A stretch of DNA of 64,000 bases, from positions 40,702 through 104,701 of the IMG/VR virus record IMGVR_UViG_3300028569_001145; one strand, written 5' to 3'. Source of the stretch: a virus. The position numbers were made by a program, and so were the translations under genes. Below, piece by piece: positions 6,202 through 16,800 of the stretch. Numbering within the stretch: the first letter of the stretch is position 1; the number at the start of each line of letters is the position of its first letter. The notes beneath the pieces are model-generated. The model made no database searches and was not told where the DNA came from. It saw only the letters and a program-made list of their open reading frames with translations.

Positions 6202-6916
6202 AAATTACTTTACTCATGATACTGAACTTGCTATTATAAAATATAACATAACAGAAGATCTAGGGGAACGTAATAAGATATACCGGGAAGAGATTCATTA
6301 TCCGTTATTTAAGTTAACGCAGAACCTAATACATACGTTTAAATTCTATTATACAGAAGAAACAAATCTAGAAGATCTTCAACATGAGGTCATTACCTTT
6401 TTGCTAACCAAACTGGATAAGTTTAATCCTGAGAAAGGAGCTAAGGCATATTCATACTTTGGAACGATAGCAAAAAGATACTTGATTGCATCTAATCAGA
6501 AAAACTATAAAAAGAGGTTAGAACTACTATCATTAGATAGTTTAAATATCGAACAAGAGGATGGTGAATTCGTATATGGAGATACTTTAGATACCTCCGA
6601 GATTACCCCAGAGACCTTACTAACTCAAGAATTAGAAGATATAACAGAATTTCTAAACGCTTATATTGAGCATTGTACAGAGAATATCTACATTATATTT
6701 CCCAACAGTGATGACGCTAAGATAGCAGATGCTATTTTAAATCTATTTAGAAGAAGAGATAAAATTTCAATCTTTAATAAAAAAGCACTCTACATTTACA
6801 TAAGGGAGCAAGTTGATATTAAAACTCCTAAGATCACTAGGATTGCTAACGAATTGCGAGATATCTTTAATAGAGAGTATGTTTTTTATCTAGAGAATGG
6901 GTATGTTAATTTCTAA
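6179..6916 (+). CDS. gp55-like late-transcription sigma factor
   Basis: NYF..; EDLQHEVITFLLTKLDKFNPEKGAKAYSYFGTIAKRYL is sigma region-2-like as in T4 gp55. Confidence 0.8.
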   Translation: MTAEAKNKNYFTHDTELAIIKYNITEDLGERNKIYREEIHYPLFKLTQNLIHTFKFYYTEETNLEDLQHEVITFLLTKLDKFNPEKGAKAYSYFGTIAKRYLIASNQKNYKKRLELLSLDSLNIEQEDGEFVYGDTLDTSEITPETLLTQELEDITEFLNAYIEHCTENIYIIFPNSDDAKIADAILNLFRRRDKISIFNKKALYIYIREQVDIKTPKITRIANELRDIFNREYVFYLENGYVNF

Positions 6917-6953
6917 AAGTCTTTAGTTTCTATTTATAAAAAATAGACTTACT

Positions 6954-7289
6954 ATGAGCTTAGATAAGATTATATTCAAGAATAAAAAATTCTCAGACCT
7001 TCTAGAAGAAATATATGATAACCAGAAAAAGAAGGAAAAGCAGATTACTGGCCTGATCGGAGAACTCAGACCACTGGTTCAAGATACCGGAGACGCTACC
7101 TTGATTGTACCTTTAATCAAAGAGTATTTAGAAATAGGAGTAAAAAATGACGAACAGTTAATTAAAGTAGCTACTATTCTTCAACGAATCTTCCAGAACC
7201 AAGAATCAGGTGGAGAAGGGTTAGGTATAACAGAAGAAGAAAGAGAACAGTTAATGCAATCAATTGATACCTTAGTTAAAAAAGATTAA
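6954..7289 (+). CDS. hypothetical helical protein
   Basis: ORF track; late motif upstream. Confidence 0.75.
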   Translation: MSLDKIIFKNKKFSDLLEEIYDNQKKKEKQITGLIGELRPLVQDTGDATLIVPLIKEYLEIGVKNDEQLIKVATILQRIFQNQESGGEGLGITEEEREQLMQSIDTLVKKD

Positions 7290-8524
7290 TGTCAGTACTT
7301 GGTTTTGCAGCTATAAATGATGGAACTAAAGCATCTCTAGCCGGTAATAGCCAGGTATTAGATGCTTTAAAGGCTTCTAAACTTATTGCAACTGGGAGAG
7401 TACTTTCTGTGATCTTAGATGAGACACACCCAAGGTATAAAGAGTTAGGAGGACCTAAAGCTATCGGTGCAGTTGAAATTATAGACATAGCCGGAGGTAC
7501 AGCAGACTATTCTACAACCTCTCAAAATCAAAACTACACAGTAGCTTATCCACTATACCCAGGAGTCAAAAACTATCCATTAATTAATGAGGTTATCTAC
7601 TTAGTTTCACAGCCGAGTAAACAGACTCAAAATAAAACTACAGCATTCTCATTATACTACATTAGTGTAGTTAACCTCTGGAATCATCCACATCATAACG
7701 CAATACCGTATTCTGCAGGATCAACAACACCTCAGAATTCAAAAAATTACCAAGATGTTGCCGCTGGAAGTGTAAATAAGTTGACAGACTCTTCCGGCAC
7801 TATTAAATTCGGTAATTATTTTAAAGAACGTACGGATATTAACCCGTTAAAGCCTTTTGAAGGAGATCATATACTAGAAGGTAGATTTGGTAATAGTATA
7901 CGTTTAGGGAGTACCGGAGGCACTAGCCCTTGGTCAACAACCGGGGAACAAGGTAACCCTGTTATGATTTTAAGGAACGGGCAAGGTACTATTGCACCTG
8001 ATTCTTGGACCCTACTGCCGGAAGATATCAATCAAGACCTGTCCTCAATTTACCTAACATCAACTCAGAGAATCCCTTTCCTGCCAGCGAGTATAAATTA
8101 CTTTTCGTATAAGCAGAACCCTCCTGAAACTCCAAATCAATTCACAGGAAATCAAATAATACTAACCTCAGGAAGGTTACTCCTCAATGCCTCCGCAGAC
8201 CATCTATTATTAAGCTCAGCTAAAAGTATAAATCTAAGTTCAAACTCATCTGTAAACATAGACACCCAGGAACTAGTGATGCAGACAGGTAATATTTACC
8301 TAGGTTCTAAATCAGCAAAAGAGCCTTTACTATTAGGAGATACAACTACAGCTCTACTAGATGATTTGATTTCAATAGTAAGCAAACTATTAGAAGCATC
8401 ACTTCAAGCCAATAATGGAGGAGGTCCTATACCTAGTTTAAACAAAGCGGGAGCTGATTTACTAATTAGGTTGCAGAGATTACAAACCTCTGAATTAAAA
8501 TCGAAGTATAATTTTACTGTATAA
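7289..8524 (+). CDS. probable baseplate hub/central spike (gp5-like)
   Basis: N-terminal OB-like region (YPLINEVIYL), EGDHILEGRFGNSIRLGS, short beta repeats, EPLLLGD; upstream of gp25/gp6. Confidence 0.6.
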   Translation: MSVLGFAAINDGTKASLAGNSQVLDALKASKLIATGRVLSVILDETHPRYKELGGPKAIGAVEIIDIAGGTADYSTTSQNQNYTVAYPLYPGVKNYPLINEVIYLVSQPSKQTQNKTTAFSLYYISVVNLWNHPHHNAIPYSAGSTTPQNSKNYQDVAAGSVNKLTDSSGTIKFGNYFKERTDINPLKPFEGDHILEGRFGNSIRLGSTGGTSPWSTTGEQGNPVMILRNGQGTIAPDSWTLLPEDINQDLSSIYLTSTQRIPFLPASINYFSYKQNPPETPNQFTGNQIILTSGRLLLNASADHLLLSSAKSINLSSNSSVNIDTQELVMQTGNIYLGSKSAKEPLLLGDTTTALLDDLISIVSKLLEASLQANNGGGPIPSLNKAGADLLIRLQRLQTSELKSKYNFTV

Positions 8525-9684
8525 TGACTCCGGAAGAACTAGAAAAACAACGTCAACAAGAACAGGCAAAAAGAGAGCAGTTTAAGAGGCGAATTAAACT
8601 CGCAACCTCTATCGCTACAGCCGGAGGAGCAATTGCAGTATCTCAAATCAAAGGTTTAGATAAAATAAATCAAACAATAAACGATAAAGTAGCATCCCTC
8701 CAGAGTAAAGCAATAGGCCAGCTATTAGTACTTGCTTCCGATTTAGGAATTGAGGGTTTAGAAACCGGAATACCTACACTACCTAACCTATGCCCCCCTG
8801 CTGCACTCCTAGATAAAGCACTCGCTATTAGAAATAATTTAGGGGATTCTATTAATATAACAGCAGCTTATATCAATACAGTAAACGCATCTTTAAGAAT
8901 AATTTCAGACTTACTTAATGGAACTATCACAACACTAACTGCTTTAAACCTGCTAAAAACAGTAACATCAGTAGGAGTAAAAGTAATACCGCCAGGTGCA
9001 GTACCTGGAGCAGTTACAGCACTTCTAGCAGACTTAGATGATACCAGAACATTACTTACATTTAAAACAGACGGTACTCCAAAACTACCAGAATTAAAAA
9101 GAGCAGTTGAGATAGGATCAACATACATAAATCAAGCAGCTGTTACTCTAAGTACTATTATAACTCTCCTGGATTTTGTAGATCAAATTTTAATTAAGTG
9201 CGGTAAGAATCCAAATAATATAGGAGATCAAATCAATACCTTACTAGCAACTAAAAAAGCAGAAGATACAACATACAAAGGATTTACATTCAGAATAATA
9301 GAAAAGCCATTCTCCCCCACCGTTTCCCAGAAGATTGGACAAGCTTTAAATAAAGAAGGTATAGTCTTATTGCAGACAGCACCATCCTTTACTCTAGACC
9401 CCCAAGTTTTAATTGAGGAATTAAAATTAATAATAGATAGGGATAATCTTACTGCAGACCCTTATACACTGAATGATATAAGTCAAAGCATAAATAACCC
9501 ACCGCCCCCAACTACTAAACAAACACCTACTAACCCTGCTGTAAATCAAGACGTTACCCCGCTAGGCTATGCTGGAAAGGTAGTAGGTGAAAAAGGGAAC
9601 CTACCGGTAGGCAACGGATCTTTTGAAGAAGTATATCAATGGACTGGAGATAAGTGGGTATACGTAGAAACTATCAGCATTTAA
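8524..9684 (+). CDS. hypothetical baseplate-module protein
   Basis: ORF track and gene context. Confidence 0.65.
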   Translation: MTPEELEKQRQQEQAKREQFKRRIKLATSIATAGGAIAVSQIKGLDKINQTINDKVASLQSKAIGQLLVLASDLGIEGLETGIPTLPNLCPPAALLDKALAIRNNLGDSINITAAYINTVNASLRIISDLLNGTITTLTALNLLKTVTSVGVKVIPPGAVPGAVTALLADLDDTRTLLTFKTDGTPKLPELKRAVEIGSTYINQAAVTLSTIITLLDFVDQILIKCGKNPNNIGDQINTLLATKKAEDTTYKGFTFRIIEKPFSPTVSQKIGQALNKEGIVLLQTAPSFTLDPQVLIEELKLIIDRDNLTADPYTLNDISQSINNPPPPTTKQTPTNPAVNQDVTPLGYAGKVVGEKGNLPVGNGSFEEVYQWTGDKWVYVETISI

Positions 9685-9696
9685 TATTTATAAACA

Positions 9697-10110
9697 ATGG
9701 ACGTTAAAGGACTTAAAAAACTCATTAAGGAAACTGTCAGAGAAGCTATTCAAGAAGAATTAAAGGATATCCTTTTAGAAGCCGTTCGTGCACCTAGGTT
9801 GACATTAGAAGGTACGCCGGTAGGCATCGGCGGATACGGTACTCCTAATCAAACTATGACCGAGACAGTCTTGCATAAAACCGCAACAACCCCTTCATTA
9901 AATACTAGAGAGCAGTATGCCTCTCTACTAAACGGTATGATGGAATCTAGAAACGGTAACCTAAATCTAAATTCAAATAACGCAATGTCGTTCGGAGCCA
10001 GTCAAGAATATAGACCACCAGCAACAATCAACACTGCAGGGGAAGGTTCCTCCTTACCGGCAGGAGAGGTTAACCTAAGCCAGATAATGGGCTTGATGAC
10101 TAAAAAATAA
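9697..10110 (+). CDS. hypothetical virion protein
   Basis: LKKLIKETVREAIQEEL N-terminal motif; late motif upstream. Confidence 0.65.
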   Translation: MDVKGLKKLIKETVREAIQEELKDILLEAVRAPRLTLEGTPVGIGGYGTPNQTMTETVLHKTATTPSLNTREQYASLLNGMMESRNGNLNLNSNNAMSFGASQEYRPPATINTAGEGSSLPAGEVNLSQIMGLMTKK

Positions 10111-10114
10111 ATAA

Positions 10115-10528
10115 ATGACCTTCCAAACTAGAAAGATAAATCCTTTAGATATTGACCCTAATACCGGGGTAGGAGTCGGTTTGGAATTTCAAAGTAAAGG
10201 TGTTTTTCAAACAACCTACACCACCCAACAAGCAATCAAGAATAACCTAATCAACTACCTACTAACCGGGCCAGGGGAGAGGTATTTGAATCCCAACTTT
10301 GGATTAGGTTTGCAAAAATACCTCTTTGAACAACTTACCAGTAATACTGAAACTAGCATTGAAGAAGATATTCAGACAGCAGTAAGAGAATATTTTCCAT
10401 CAATTACTATTCAGAATCTAACCATTACACAAAACCCAGATACTTACCAAATTTATATTCAATTAACTTACGTTATAGGCCCTGTAAATTTAGGAGTACC
10501 AGATACTTTAGAAATAACACTAGGATAA
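10115..10528 (+). CDS. baseplate wedge gp25-like protein
   Basis: IKNNLINYLLTGPGERYLNPNFG. Confidence 0.88.
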   Translation: MTFQTRKINPLDIDPNTGVGVGLEFQSKGVFQTTYTTQQAIKNNLINYLLTGPGERYLNPNFGLGLQKYLFEQLTSNTETSIEEDIQTAVREYFPSITIQNLTITQNPDTYQIYIQLTYVIGPVNLGVPDTLEITLG

Positions 10529-10529
10529 A

Positions 10530-12380
10530 ATGGCTACCAATAAAGATATTAAATATTTAAATAAGGATTTTACTACCCTTAGAAGCCGGTTGATTGATTA
10601 CGCTAAAACGTATTTCCCAACAACCTATAACGACTTTACTCCCGCCTCCCCCGGTATGATGTTTATGGAAATGTCTGCCTACGTAGGAGATGTAATGTCA
10701 TTTTACCTAGACAACCAAATACAGGAAACCTACCTACAGTATGCTCGACAGACTGACAATCTATTTGAATTAGCATATATGTTCGGATACCGTCCCAAAG
10801 TTACTGGGGTCGCTACCGTACCTGTTGACTTCTACCAGCAAGTACCATCAAAACTTTCAGGTTCAGTTTATATACCTGATTTCGATTATACTTTATTAGT
10901 AGCAGAGAATTCAACCATAACTTCTACATCGAATAATACAGTCTCTTTTTTGATCCAAGACAGTGTAGATTTTTCAGTATCATCTTCACAAGACCCAACT
11001 GAAATTACAATCTATCAAACAGCTGGATCGAATCCGGTCAGCTACTTATTAAAGAAAAGTAGACAAGCAATATCAGCCACCATTAATACAGTAACCTTTG
11101 CCTTCACTACTCCAACACAATTCGATATACGAACTATCACCGGGGATAATATTGTAGGTATTTTAGATATAGTAGATGCTGATGGCAATACCTGGTATGA
11201 GGTAGATTATTTAGGGCAAGATATGGTGTATAAAAAAGTTAAGAACACAAACCCTAACATACCAACTAATTCAGATCCCGATACCGCTTACACCTTAAAA
11301 CTCGAACAAGTACAGAGGAGGTTCACTAGCAGGTTCTTAGACTCAGCAACACTTCAAATTCAATTTGGAGCAGGCACTACAGCAGACTCTGATGAAAATA
11401 TTGTACCTAATCCAAACAACGTAGGAATAGGCTTACCCTTTGAGCAAAATAAATTAACAACTGCATATTCACCTACTAATTTTATTTTTACAGATACCTA
11501 CGGTATTGCTCCGGCAAACACTACACTAACTGTAAGATACTTAACCGGAGGTGGAGTTCAAGCAAACGTACCTGCCAATGACCTTTTAACATTAGCAGCA
11601 ACCGTCAATTACCAAGCAACCAACCTTAATACAAGCACAGCTAATACTTATAGAGCAACTCTAGCAGTTAGTAACCCATTAGCAGCATCAGGAGGAGGTT
11701 CCGGAGATACAATCGAGGATATTCGTCAGAATACTTTAGCAACATTCCCAACACAGTTAAGAACCATAACCCCAGACGACTATTTAATTAGAGCACTATC
11801 ACTACCCTCCAATTACGGTACCGTAGCAAAAGCTTATATTGAACAATCAAAACTAGCTAACCTATTACCTGGAGAGACTCCATCCACTTTAGATCTTTAC
11901 ATATTAACTTACGATGTAAATCAAAACCTAGTAACTGCATCTGATACACTAAAACAAAACCTAAGTACGTATTTATCACAATATAGAATGCTAGGAGACT
12001 CTATTAAAATCAAAGATGGTTTCGTAGTTAATATAGGTATAGATTTTAGCATAACCGTAGATCCTAATTTTAATAGTAGTGAAGTATTATTAAGATGTAT
12101 TCAAGAACTACAAAATTACTTTAAAATAGATAACTGGCAAATTAACCAGCCAATCCTGTTAAAAGATCTTGGAATTCTATTAGACAAAGTAACCGGGGTA
12201 CGTACAGTTAAGACCTTAACTATTAATAATCTAGCTGGAGGATCAATAGGATATTCTAACTACGCTTACGATGTTCAAGGTGCAACCATAGATAACGTAG
12301 TATACCCTTCAATTGATCCAATGATTTTCGAAGTGAAATACCCAAGCACTGATATTAAAGGTAGGGTAGTTTCTCTATAA
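10530..12380 (+). CDS. baseplate wedge gp6/baseplate-J-like protein
   Basis: KDFTTLRSRL..YNDF, FYLDNQ, IQFG, VRYLTGGGVQAN, GGGSGDTIEDIR..RTITPDDY. Confidence 0.88.
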   Translation: MATNKDIKYLNKDFTTLRSRLIDYAKTYFPTTYNDFTPASPGMMFMEMSAYVGDVMSFYLDNQIQETYLQYARQTDNLFELAYMFGYRPKVTGVATVPVDFYQQVPSKLSGSVYIPDFDYTLLVAENSTITSTSNNTVSFLIQDSVDFSVSSSQDPTEITIYQTAGSNPVSYLLKKSRQAISATINTVTFAFTTPTQFDIRTITGDNIVGILDIVDADGNTWYEVDYLGQDMVYKKVKNTNPNIPTNSDPDTAYTLKLEQVQRRFTSRFLDSATLQIQFGAGTTADSDENIVPNPNNVGIGLPFEQNKLTTAYSPTNFIFTDTYGIAPANTTLTVRYLTGGGVQANVPANDLLTLAATVNYQATNLNTSTANTYRATLAVSNPLAASGGGSGDTIEDIRQNTLATFPTQLRTITPDDYLIRALSLPSNYGTVAKAYIEQSKLANLLPGETPSTLDLYILTYDVNQNLVTASDTLKQNLSTYLSQYRMLGDSIKIKDGFVVNIGIDFSITVDPNFNSSEVLLRCIQELQNYFKIDNWQINQPILLKDLGILLDKVTGVRTVKTLTINNLAGGSIGYSNYAYDVQGATIDNVVYPSIDPMIFEVKYPSTDIKGRVVSL

Positions 12381-12396
12381 TTCATATTTATAACAA

Positions 12397-13497
12397 ATGG
12401 CTGTTTACAAACTCTTTCCTGAAAAAGACGCTACTCTGTATAGCGAGTACCCGGTTATGAATTCCGGTATCGATGAGATAATAGAAGCTACTACAGCAAC
12501 CAATATAGCCGGACAACAAACCACCAGTCGATTTTTAGTTCAATTCAACCAAGCGCAAATTCAAGACGTATTTAGTAGCAAAATTACCGGATCCTATGAT
12601 GCATACTTAAGGTTGTTTATGGCTAAAGTTGAAGGATTGGCACAAGATACTTTAATATACTGCTACCCAGTTTCAGGATCATGGGCTAACGGTACCGGTA
12701 AATACTTAGATAACCCGGCAGTAACCGACGGAGTAAGTTGGACTTACAAAATAACATCAGGTTCTGGAGCATGGGATACAATCTTTTCAGAAGGAAATGC
12801 AACTGGATCTTGGTCCGGAACTAATACAGGAGGGGGTAATTGGTATACTTCAAGTCTTTATGCTCAAAGTGCTTCCTTGCAGTATAGATCAACTTTTGAC
12901 CTTAACTTAGAAGTTACTAATGTAGTTAATGCTTGGAGCGGTAGTATTATCGAGAATAATGGGTTTATAGTTAAACAAGAAAATGCTGCAGAATTTGACC
13001 CTAGCCGGAATGTTGAATTTAAATATTTTTCAACAGACACTAATACCATATACCCACCACAGTTAGAATTCAGATGGGACGACTATATCTTTAATACCGG
13101 ATCATCTACACAAACTATTATAAATACCTCCAATATAGTTGCTACACTGCCCAACAATCCTGGAGTATATCAACCAGATTCTATTCAAAGATTTAGAATC
13201 AATTGTAGACCTCAATTCCCAACCAGAGTCTTTACTACCTCCTCCCTATATACAACTAATTATTATCTACCAACAGCATCATACTGGGCAATCAAAGACC
13301 TAGATACTGATGAGTTCGTAGTTGATTTTGACACAGTATATACAAAGGTTTCTGCTGATGCTAACAGCAACTACTTTGATGTGTATATGAATGGGTTAGA
13401 ACCTGAGAGATACTATAAGATCCTAATTAAAACTACTATTGACAATAGTGTTAAGATTTTAGATGACGACTACTACTTTAAAATAGTAAACGGGTAA
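12397..13497 (+). CDS. DNRLRE-like virion structural protein
   Basis: KDATLYS, SRFLVQF, VTNVVNAW..NNGFIVK, FSTDT..PPQLE. Confidence 0.65.
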   Translation: MAVYKLFPEKDATLYSEYPVMNSGIDEIIEATTATNIAGQQTTSRFLVQFNQAQIQDVFSSKITGSYDAYLRLFMAKVEGLAQDTLIYCYPVSGSWANGTGKYLDNPAVTDGVSWTYKITSGSGAWDTIFSEGNATGSWSGTNTGGGNWYTSSLYAQSASLQYRSTFDLNLEVTNVVNAWSGSIIENNGFIVKQENAAEFDPSRNVEFKYFSTDTNTIYPPQLEFRWDDYIFNTGSSTQTIINTSNIVATLPNNPGVYQPDSIQRFRINCRPQFPTRVFTTSSLYTTNYYLPTASYWAIKDLDTDEFVVDFDTVYTKVSADANSNYFDVYMNGLEPERYYKILIKTTIDNSVKILDDDYYFKIVNG

Positions 13498-13850
13498 TGA
13501 GTGAGCAAGTTTCAATATCTAAACAAGTCTTTGAAAGCCGACAATACCGTCAGATTATAGATACGAATTTTACACAACTGACTGTCGGAGATGGAGCCAC
13601 AACAACTACTCCTGCCCCCTTGCCTACTGTTTCTGAATTTTTTGAGTATTATTCGGATTTATTTTTTCAAATACCAAAACAAGGAGAAATTAACTCACAC
13701 GAATACTTAATACAACAGAGTAGTGAGTATGTAGGAGGTCAAGCAGTCAATCAAGATATCCTTGCTCTGCAGCAAGAAATAACAGCTTTAAGAGAAGAGA
13801 ACTTGCAATTACAGGAACAATTACTTAACTTATCAAGAACAAATGGATAA
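13497..13850 (+). CDS. hypothetical coiled-coil protein
   Basis: ORF track; coupled to neighbours. Confidence 0.75.
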   Translation: MSEQVSISKQVFESRQYRQIIDTNFTQLTVGDGATTTTPAPLPTVSEFFEYYSDLFFQIPKQGEINSHEYLIQQSSEYVGGQAVNQDILALQQEITALREENLQLQEQLLNLSRTNG

Positions 13851-16800
13851 AACAGTATACATTGAGAACATACCGTCTATTGAACTAGGAGGTCAAACAT
13901 ACCAATCCTCAGATACTGCATTAATATCCTCTTTTGATACTGAGAATGCTTTTGACTCTACAGTCAACTATATTGAGTATCACATATACAACGGGAATAA
14001 ATTTCTTATTGATACTATTGAGAATCTAGATTCTTATAGGATTTATAACAACCAGGTTTATATAGATCCTGAGCAGGATTTAGAATCTAGGGTATTCCAA
14101 CCAGGGCAATATTATAGCGTCTATAATTTCCTAACCCCGGTACTATCATCAAGCTTTCAAGAAACTTTTTACATCTCAGAAATATCAACAGATAGAACTG
14201 AATTAAGACTTGCAAGCACTGATATACTAGGAGGTGATATTATAGACAGTACAGAAGCACTCAAAACCTTAATAGACTCCTCACCATACTATCAGGATTT
14301 TTATTTAAATTTTGGCAATAATAATTTAGTTATTGCTAACAATATTTTATTAGATGATTCTGATCCGGAGAATATAACTGTTTTAATTAAGCTATACGAA
14401 CCGCTTGCAGATTCGTTTCAATTAAATTCACAGTGTTGGGCTGTTCAAAAGATTGCTGAATCTTTAGCTTATCTTTTCAACGTACAGATGTCTTTTGATT
14501 CAGTAGATGAATTAATAAGAATTAAAGGACCCAACACAAACATACTAGCTCTAGAATCAGGTAATAAATCTACAGAGATTGTAGCAAGTTCTGATTTACT
14601 ATATACTACTGAGGATAGTCTTAAAAATCAACTGCAGAGTTACTTACAAGAAGCAGGTAGTGATTTAAATATAGACTACTCAGAATATACTAATTTTGTT
14701 TTCTTCTCTAAAGCAGAAACCAGATTAGAGAATTTTTACTATAAACTAGGTTTAATAGAAGAGTATGCATATAGTGCTAGTCTATATACAGACACTACTA
14801 ATTTTTACAATTCAGGAAGTTCAACATACTGGGAGAGCAAACTCAAGGAAGTTATAACCAACTTCGATGGATATGAATACTACTTGTATTTTGAATCAGG
14901 ATCAACAACCTGGCCAAAATCAAACAGCACACCTCCATACACCAACTACCCGACTACATCCTCACAGGCAGTAGCATGGTTAAACACACAACTAGCAACT
15001 GCAAGTATTTACGATACTGAGAATAAAGACTCTTTAATAAACTCAGTACCTCTCTATATTAGAGAAAATTCTGACAACCTAAATTACCTACTATTTGTAG
15101 AGATGGCCGGACAGCATTTTGATGATATCTGGCTCTACATTCAAGCAGTTACTGAAAAGTACAACAATATTAATGGAGTAAATAAAGGGCTATCTAAAGA
15201 CTTAGTAGGGATAGCTTTAAGAGATTTTGGAATTAAACTATACCAGAATAACTTTACATCCGATAACTTATACAGTACATATTTGGGAATTACCCCATCC
15301 GGAAGCCTGTTACCGTATACCGGCCAAGAATTAATAAATACCTACGTTACTGCATCAGCAACCGGTTCATTAATACCGGTAAATGACCTTTCTTCTGAGA
15401 TACACAAGAGGTTATATCACAACCTACCCCTATTAGTGAAGAAAAAAGGAACGGCAGCTGGATTGAGGATACTAGCCAATATTTACGGAGTTCCAGCTTC
15501 AATCTTAAGAATCAATGAATTCGGAGGAAAAGATAAAAATACAAATACCTGGGACTATTGGCAGAATACTTTCGACTACAGTTTTAATACTCAAGGTATA
15601 AATTACTTAACATCTTCTTTTGCTGTAAATACAGCCTGGGGAGCTATTAATAATGTACCTAGTGCTGTTGAATTTAAGTTTAAAACCACAGGACTGCCAG
15701 CAGCTTCTAACTATTCTCAAAGTTTATGGGCCACCGATAAAAACGTGGGGCTAAGGTTAAAATACACCGGTACTGGATTAACCTCTGGATCATATTCAGG
15801 ATCTATTGTAGACCCGTACTTCGAATACGGTTACCTAGAATTCTTCCCAGACATTACAGATTTAAATTCAAGTGCTAGTATTTACTTGCCGTTCTTTGAT
15901 GGGGGTTGGTGGTCTGTTTTAGTTAATAAGAACTCTAATAGTGACTATACTCTGTATGTAGGTAATTCATTATATAGCGGCAATGATGGTAATACCTTAG
16001 GGTTTACATCAAACTCAACTGTAAATAAGTTAGGAAACTGGTCAGGAAGTGCTGTATCTTATTTCGGAACATCTTCTTTGAATGCAAGCACATTCTCAGG
16101 ATCTTTACAAGAGATTAGGTATTATAAAAATGCACTGAGTCAATCAGTATTTAATGACTTTATAATGAATGGAAGTTCAATTGAAGGCAACGGTATAAAC
16201 TCCGCACCGGATCAATTAATCTTCCGAGCATCTTTAGGAGGTGAGCTTTATACTAGTTCAATTTCAATACACCCTAAAATATCCGGAGAGTGGGTAACTA
16301 CATCTTCATTCGCTTCTGACAGTACTTTTTATTTTAATACAACTCCGGTTTTTACTGCTAATAATTTAATTTCTTTCTACGATCAACCAGTAACAGGTAT
16401 TAAAAACCCAGTTTCTGATAAAATTAATATTCAAGGTAAAACAGTATACGGAAACGTACTTTCTACTTTAACAACCCTACAGCAAAGCTATCCAGCAAGT
16501 TCATCATTTACACGTGACGTAAATTATTTAGAAGTAGGATACTCTCCTCAGAATGAAATCAACGAGGATATTACGGATTCAATTGGGTATTTTAATATCG
16601 GAGACTATATTGGAGATCCAAGGCAATTCTCATCCTCAACATTATCTTACCCTGAGCTAGATTCTTTAAGAGATTCTTATTTTGAAAAGTACAATAAGTC
16701 TTACGACTACCAAGATTATTTCAGGTTAATTAAATTCTACGATAATTCACTGTTTAAGTTAATCAAAGATTTTATACCTGCTAGAACTGCTGCAGCTACT

